Part shown: positions 56,711 through 64,000 of the stretch, piece by piece
Numbering within the stretch: the stretch's first letter is position 1
Layout of the letters: every line of letters begins with the position of its first letter
NCBI GenBank assembly: GCA_036785375.1
Contig: JAWMAR010000182.1
Span: forward strand, 806,001-870,000
Direction: 5' to 3'
Source of the DNA: Leucoraja ocellata
Lineage: Eukaryota
DNA: 64,000 nucleotides
Translations under genes and position numbers: made by a program
The notes under the pieces: model-generated
The model's database searches: none
What the model saw: the letters and a program-made list of their open reading frames with translations, nothing else
Told to the model about the DNA's origin: nothing

Positions 56711-56984
56711 TAATGTCAGTGCCCTTTTCCTAGCAAATATCCTCAGTATTGAGGCCCTAGTTACATTCAGGCATCTATTTTGGACAGTCCACAACACAAC
56801 AGTCCAATGTTAGACTGCTGAAACAGACACTCTGTATCAGGTTTTGCAATGAGAAGATATAATCTGTCAAACCCAGATGGAGAAAAAGATTCAAAGATGT
56901 CCACAAAACATATTTGAAGAAAGCTCCATTGAGTTGTGGGAACCTTTGAGGTCATGTGTCAGGAGGTCACCATGCATAGCAGTG

Positions 56985-57737
56985 AAAGGTTGTCAGCAAT
57001 GTCCCTCAATGTCGGCAAGACAAAGGAGATTGTGATTTTCTTCAGGAAGTGAAGCAGTCCATATATCCCAATTTACTAAATGGTGCCGAAGTAGAGATGG
57101 TCAAAAGTTTCATGTTCTTTGGAATAAATATCACCAGCAATTTGTCCTGGATCAGCCACATCAAAGCTCACCAACGCCTATACTTTCTTAGGAGGCTTAG
57201 GATGTTCAGCATATCCCCAATAACCCTCACCAACTTCTACAGATGCGCTGTTTAAACCATTTTATCAGGATGCATCACAGCATAGTTTGGGAAGAGTTCC
57301 ATCCAAGACTGCAACAAATTGCAGAGAGTTGTGCATGTAGCCCAGATCATCACGCAAGTCAACCTGCCTTCCATTGACTCTATCTACACTTCATGCTGCC
57401 TCCCCAGGGCCACCAACATAATCAAGGACTAATCCTCTTCTCCCATCAGGCAAGAGGAATAGAAGTGTGAAAATGCATGCCTCAAGTTTCTTCTCCGATA
57501 TCATCAGGCAACTGAACCATCCTCTCACCAGCCAGAGAGCAGTTCTGGCTTCCCATTTACCTCATTGGAAAGCTTTGAACTATCTTTATTTGCACTTTAT
57601 CATGCACTAATTGTTGTATCCTTTATCTTCACACTGTGGACAGCTTGATTGATAGGCTTTTTGACTGGATAGTATGCAACAAAAAGCTATTCATTGTACC
57701 GTGGTACACATGACAGTAATAAACTAAACTAAACTAA
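56985..57737 (+). mobile_element. Rex/Babar-like LINE 3' fragment
   Basis: LNVGKTKEIV, KAHQRLYFLRRLR, LTNFYRC. Tail is AATAAACTAAACTAAACTAA. Confidence 0.75.
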
Positions 57738-58672
57738 GAAGCCAATCTCTGCATCCACCACCCATCCTGCCAGGCATTTTCGGTCCTATCTTTGTAAGAG
57801 TCTGTGGTTCCAACATTGGCCTCATTTGTCACCTTGAAGTCCACAAATCCAGAATGGAAGCCAGCCACGCTCGATATCAAGGAATGGCTAATAAGACGAT
57901 TGCAGGTATAAATCTGAAATCCGTCAGTTGTTTTTTTCTATAATTTCATTACCCTCTCATTGGTTTCCACACCTTAGCAATTAGAAAGTTGCTTTTTATC
58001 AGGCCGTTAAAAATGTGTTGCGTATCCTTACTGCTGATATGTCCTGATTGACGGGGGCACAGATGCAAGGCCAAAAGCTGAAACTGACGGAGAACTGCCT
58101 TACTCTACGACCTCTGACAATGGTAGCAATTGATAGATCTCCCCTTATACACCTCAGGGCTATATCTCGGTGCTAGATAGGGAATGGCATCAGTCTGCCC
58201 TTGATCAAGCAAGAAAAATGCAGCAGTTGACTACTGTATATGCATGTTTCAAACTTGTCCAGTGGAAGAGAATTAATTGTACCCAGTTTTCCCAAGAAAA
58301 TATGCAGGTGGTTTTCCTTAACTGCGAGCAAATGAAGGTTAGCAAATACAGAATGTGGTGAACATACTCCTGGCTGACTTGCCTCATTGTACTCTCTGGA
58401 ATCTGGAGATCAGTGAATCCTTCCCAAGAGTCTCAGTCCCTTGACAAGTTGGGCACAAATAACCAATTATTTCTCTCAAAATTGGACCTTAATTGTTCCT
58501 AGGAGCAATACCAGGAGATATAAAGGTTTATAGTCATGCGAAAGGAGAATTGTCTTATAAAAGAATATACTTTTATGTTCATTTTTCTTATTTATAGAAT
58601 AGGTAATTAATGAAAAGTATGTTATCAATGAAAGTTGAAGTCACAGTGCATGGGTACATTTATCTAGTGATG

Positions 58673-58880
58673 TGTCGTAAGGAATTGCAGATGCTGGTTT
58701 ACACCAAAGATGGACCCAAATTGCTGGAGTAACTCAGCGGGATAGGCGGGATCTCTGAATAGAAGGAAGTGGGTCGAGACCCTTATTCCGAGGCGTTCTC
58801 CAAAACATCATCCATTCTTTCTCTCCAGAGATGCTGCCTATCCTACTGTGTTACTCCAGCATTTTGTGTTTATCTTTCTT
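58673..58880. mobile_element. Penelope-derived inverted terminal-repeat insertion
   Basis: TSD TAGTGATG at 58665-58672 / 58881-58888, with two opposed copies of the gctggagtaactcagc tail. Confidence 0.65.
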
Positions 58881-61854
58881 TAGTGATGACTTATTCAGTT
58901 AGGTGAAGTCAAATGCCACAATCATCTACGAGAAAGAGATTTGGTGGGTTACATCTTATTAGGTGAGTACTGGTGGGATGGATTAGTCCTTATTTTGAAG
59001 ATAGTGAAATGGATGTTATCACCCATAAATTAAGGTGGTTAGGTTCGGATCAAACGTTGATGTTGTTGGGTGAACATGACTAGGGGCAAGTTAAGGTATG
59101 CAATGGAGCTCATCTCAAGGTTTTGCAAAGTCCAGCCAGACATGTGTTTGCTGGACCCTTTCCTTACTGGCAGTCATTAGCTCCCAGTTAAGGAAAACCA
59201 TCTGCACTTATATTAAAAAAATATCTGGGATAATTGGGTACAATTAATTCACTTCCACCTGAGTAAGTTTGAACTTTTGAAATAGGCATTTGTATCTAAA
59301 GTATGTGAATCATAGAACGTGTAGGCCTGTGAATCTTAGGAAGAGGGATTCTTGTTCCATATACTTACTCTGTGGCCATAATTATCATGCCTACTTTTGA
59401 CTTTACCAGTGATATTGTGGATTCAAGCTGAAATGACGTTGTGAATCTAGTCTAATTTATTTATACGCATTCACTAACATAGATCATAGTTTGCTTTCAA
59501 ATCAACAGCATCCATAACACAGGTGCAGAACAGATGCTGAGGGCTTGGTTATTTGGGTGAGCATGCTGTAGGCATTTGTACTGGGCTGTTCTGCTGGTTC
59601 TCATTGTGTTCCCTCTTGTCATAACCTTTAGAAAGAAGTTAACTATTTAACTGCGTTTTCCTTCTTTAGAAAAGCTAACATTATTTTGACTTAAAAGTAA
59701 GTATGTCTTCATTTTTCCATTATTGATTGCCAGTGCATATCATTTCCTGCCCTTTCCCTTTAGGCAAATTTCCTGCATAAGAGGCAACCTTACAAAGAAT
59801 TATGTACTCTCGTGGTGGAAGGGTCATTACTAAAAAGGTCAGCCTTACATAAACAATACAGCCCCTGCAGAATCCACAATCTGAACCTGTCAGCCTTGTA
59901 TAATTTTTATTCTTCCATCTACAGACCAGAAAAATGACATATGATGAAAAAAAACAATCATAGCAAGTATTTTAAGCAGTCATTGATCATAAACTCAAAT
60001 CATAGGATTGACAAAATTCATTACATTTTTTAATCATGTTATTAATATATTGAGGCAACCTCACAGATTTCCAAGCCAAAACCACGAGAGTGCCCCCACA
60101 TATATAATTCAAGGAAATTCCATTGGTTTTGGTTCATGATCTTGGCTTAGCGCTTATCTTCATTTAATAAAGTTGATACACTCCTAAAGTAAAGTTCTGG
60201 TCATTTTAATGTTGATAACAAATTTGTGATTCAGCAAAGTGCAAACTCTTAAAACTGCAAGGTATCAACTACGATAACAGGAATGCATTTTAAATAGGAA
60301 AACTTTACTAATTTATAGCAATTCATTGTCATGGGCACCAACATTTTTGACAAGGTTGATTGCAGTTACACCGAATAACGATGATCTGGCTATTCATAAT
60401 TGTTAACAAACCAGCACAGGAAATGAATGGGACCTCAGCATGTCCACATTTCAATCAATCTTATACTTTAAAGAAAACGTTCTTTAACTGTCACAGTAAT
60501 AAATGTTCTTGTACTAAAAGTAATCCACTCTGAATTTAGATAGGAATGTGTTTTGCGTGAAAATGTAATTGTTTCTGTAATCATAACGTGATGGCAGTCA
60601 TATGTAAGTTTGGCTTGTACTCTGAACCTCTATATAATAGTGTATTTGAGCCACTCAAGTAGTTATCCCATAGTATATTAACGCAAGAGCAAGAATTAAC
60701 TCTCAATTTACCTTAATGTTATGTTTCCAAATAAGGGTAACATTTTCTGGCTCCATTATGCATAATTGCAGCGCTAAACTGCAAAATGTACAACATAGTG
60801 GCAGTGATCTTATACCATGGCTGTGGTAAGCTTCTACTTCTTGGTGTTGCATGAGATGGAGAAAAAATTGAACGTGATGCAAAAATGTACATTTTACATT
60901 TAATGAGTAATTGTAAAGAGATACACATTGCAAATAAACAAAGAAGTGATGCATGCCACTATTAATGGATGATTGCCTCTTAAGGCCTATATATAGATTT
61001 ATTTGCTATTTTAGCAGAAGTAATAATACAAATTAAATGCTGACCCCACTAAAATAGAGATCATATTCCAAAATTAGATAATATTCCAATCATTACATTT
61101 TGGCTATGGTATCAATGAGATGCCTTTTGTTAGGAACTGAAGGTTAAAAGTGGATTACATATGGTAATTCTCTGTATGAATCAAAACTTAAAAAAATCAA
61201 AGATATAGTAATATCTCTGCCTAACTATCACAGCGAAGGCCCTCTCCTTAAATCACAGAGTACATGTAATTAATGTTCCTTTAACACGTTTGAGAAGAGA
61301 GATCTGAGATTTTGGCCAGTGACAATGGAAGAACATTACATGTCTATGAGGCCATGGTGCATAACTTAAATTGAATTTGCACTAGCTGCCCATATACTGT
61401 AGTGTAAAGCGACTGTGCTTCAGTAGAAATACTATTGGGCTTGGGTTTTGTTGATAAATATTGAATTCTCAACTACAAAGAGAGTTGCCTCTGGGAGATT
61501 GCATACACACAGACCAGATATCTTGCATAGTAATTATTTAGAGAACTGGATTGGTCATCTTAAAAAGAAACAAGCACTTCAAGCAGATAGTAAATTTGGA
61601 TGTGGAAAATAATCTTATCAGGCAATGTTTATGGGTTGCTGGGGGAAAGTAATTCTCAACTAGCAAGTAGATGAATGAAGCAGGGAGGGATAAATTGCAC
61701 GCAGTGAAGAATTATTTTCCTGGTTTAACACACAGGAGAATAATACCAATGCAACATGTTTGGAGGGAAATCAAGGCTGAGGCAGTGCTAGCTTGCTCTA
61801 ATAAAGTACAAGTGAAGATAGATCCTTTTTCTGTGTGAATTATCTCAAGTGATG

Positions 61855-62370
61855 AAAATAGACACAAAGTGAAGCAGTAAGTCAGAGGGTCAGGCAGCAT
61901 CTCTTGGAATAAAGGATAGGTGACATTTCAGGTCGGGACCCCTCGTCAAACTTAAAGTAGGGGGTGGGGGGGGGGGGGGGGAGTTGAAAAGCTGGAAGGA
62001 TACTATGTGACTGTGGACTGGTTAAACAATGAGTTAAGAAGGCGGTGGAGGGGGGGGGGGGGGGGGGGGAGCAGGGGAGGAGAGTGTAGATAGTAAACTT
62101 CTTGAGATTGCACCTTCCCTAGCCAATAATGGGCCTACCAGGGCACCACCCTGCCTGAGGTTGTTTGTTGCCAACCCTGATTGGTCCTGGTCTTTTTTCG
62201 CCTCCAACTCTTCAGCCACTCCCTTGTTTCAGTCTGATGAAGATTCCCGACCCAAAATATAATCTATCTTCTTTCTCCAGAGATGCTGCCTGACCTGCTA
62301 AATTTATCCAGCATTATCTTTGGTATAATCTTTCGTATAATCCAGCATCTGCAGTTCTTTGTTTCTACAA
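61855..62370. mobile_element. Penelope-derived inverted terminal-repeat insertion, degraded
   Basis: Minus-oriented tail at 61855-61950 and plus-oriented tail at 62230-62370. Confidence 0.55.
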
Positions 62371-62414
62371 TTTGTCTCGTGCAACTTAGCTTCTTTCTTT
62401 GCAATCAACCTTAA

Positions 62415-63060
62415 GGTCATAAGGTCACAAGTGATAGGAGTAGAATTAGGCCATTCAGCCCATCAAATCTACTCCGCCATTCAATCAAGGCTTGTCTATC
62501 CCCTAACCCCATTCTCCTGCCTTCTCCCCATAACCTCTGACACCTGTACTAATCAAGAATCTATCTATCTCTGCCTTAAAAATATCTACTGACGTCCTCC
62601 ACAGCCCTCTGTAGCCACACATTCACCACCCTCTGACTAAAGAGATTTTTCCTCATCTCCTTCCTAATAGAACGTCCTTTAATTCTGAGACTATGACCTC
62701 TAGTCCTAGAATCTCCCACTAGTGGAAACATCCTCTCTGCATCAATTCTATCCAAGCAATTCCCAACGCTGTATGTTTCAATGAAGTTTCCCCCTCATCC
62801 TTCCAAACTCCAGCAAGTACAGGCCCAGTGCTGACAAACACTCAACCTACTCATTCCTGGGATTATTCTTGTAAACCTCCTCTGGACCCTCTCCAGAGCC
62901 AGCACATCATTCCTCAGATATGGTGCCCAAAATTGCTCATAATATTCTAAATGTGTAATTACTATCGCCTTATAGAGCCTCAGCATTACATCCCTGATCT
63001 TGAAATAAATGCTAGCATTGAGTTTGCTTTCTTTAGTACCGATTCAAGTTGCAGATGAAC
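62415..63060 (-). mobile_element. CR1 3' fragment
   Basis: LYKAIVITHLEYYEQFWAPYLRNDVLALERVQRRFTR plus CR1 3' UTR. Confidence 0.85.
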
Positions 63061-64000
63061 TTTTTTAGTTCCTTAAAGAAGGAAACCATCTTTCCACTTA
63101 TCGCATGCTTACTATGCATGCTCATCATCCAGTTGGGCACATGTTTAAGTGGCATCTTACCTTTGTACTTCTCATAATGGTAAATTCAAAGTATTTCATA
63201 AATGCTCAATTGCCGAATAACAGGAAAGGACCTGGCATGTAACTATCATAAAATTACAGAAAGAGGCCCTTGTGCCCATGGCAACTCTGTACCAGGGCAA
63301 CGTACTTCAACCCCATGGCACCTTCTCTATTGCCTTGCAAATATTTTCTCACTATCTATTTATAATTACTCTCTTGATGCCATATCCTGCTCCACCTTAT
63401 CTACCAGCTGTGCACTCTAGATTCTAACTACATGCCACGCCAACATTTTTTTCTTTACATTCCAATAAGTTATCTCACAATTTAGTATCTGCGATATCCT
63501 TCCACCAATAGAAACAGCTGCCCATTTTGTCCAGAAGGCTCCCCTCAGAATTTCCTTCTCTCTCTCTTGAGAAAACAGTCATATCCTCTTTATTCTATCC
63601 TAGTAATGGTATGTCCTCCATTCAGCAACCTTTCCCAGAAATATTTTCTGGACCACTTTCCTACCCCCTCCTATAATGAGTCAATCAGAAATGAACACAA
63701 TACTCTCGTTGAGGCCAGATTAGTATGGTATACAGGTTCAACATTGCTTATCTGTTTTTTATTCTGCCTCTAATTTGAAGAAGGGTCTTGACCCGAAACA
63801 TCACCCATTCCTTCTCTCCAGAGATGCTGCCTGTCCTGCTGAGTTACTCCAGCATTTTGTGTCTATCTTTGTTATAAAGACCAGAATTGTTTATTTGCCA
63901 TTATTAACCACATACCCAAGTTATGCAACAAGTCACCACATAAATCATAATAATCATAATCATAATCGTACTTTAGTATCCAAGTATGTTTTGCAACACG

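Overview
Eukaryotic, repeat-rich vertebrate DNA. The repeat content (V-SINE/HE1-like SINEs, CR1 with esterase ORF1, Penelope-derived tails) points to a cartilaginous fish, probably a skate or ray; this is inference. The only host coding sequence I can support is the 36-nt first coding exon of RBM19 (3243-3278, minus strand) in a CpG island. The remaining ~60 kb is upstream of it and, by recalled vertebrate synteny, is probably the RBM19-TBX5 gene desert. The centrepiece is a complete DIRS1-type tyrosine-recombinase retrotransposon (29596-40800, minus) with intact termini, ICR, gag, and RT/RNaseH/methyltransferase ORFs. Its recombinase gene is split by a full-length, ORF-intact L1 (30702-37102, plus; 14-bp TSD, poly-A); removing the L1 restores the recombinase frame exactly. 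The DIRS also carries splice signals that could express RT and YR by alternative splicing. Other content: a Tc1 fossil, a solo LTR, two MITEs, Helitron pieces, two internally deleted RTEs, many Penelope-derived repeats with hammerhead-like cores, local duplications, an old 24-bp tandem array and several enhancer-like motif clusters. All family assignments come from motif reading and recall, not database searches. Boundaries of degraded repeats are approximate.
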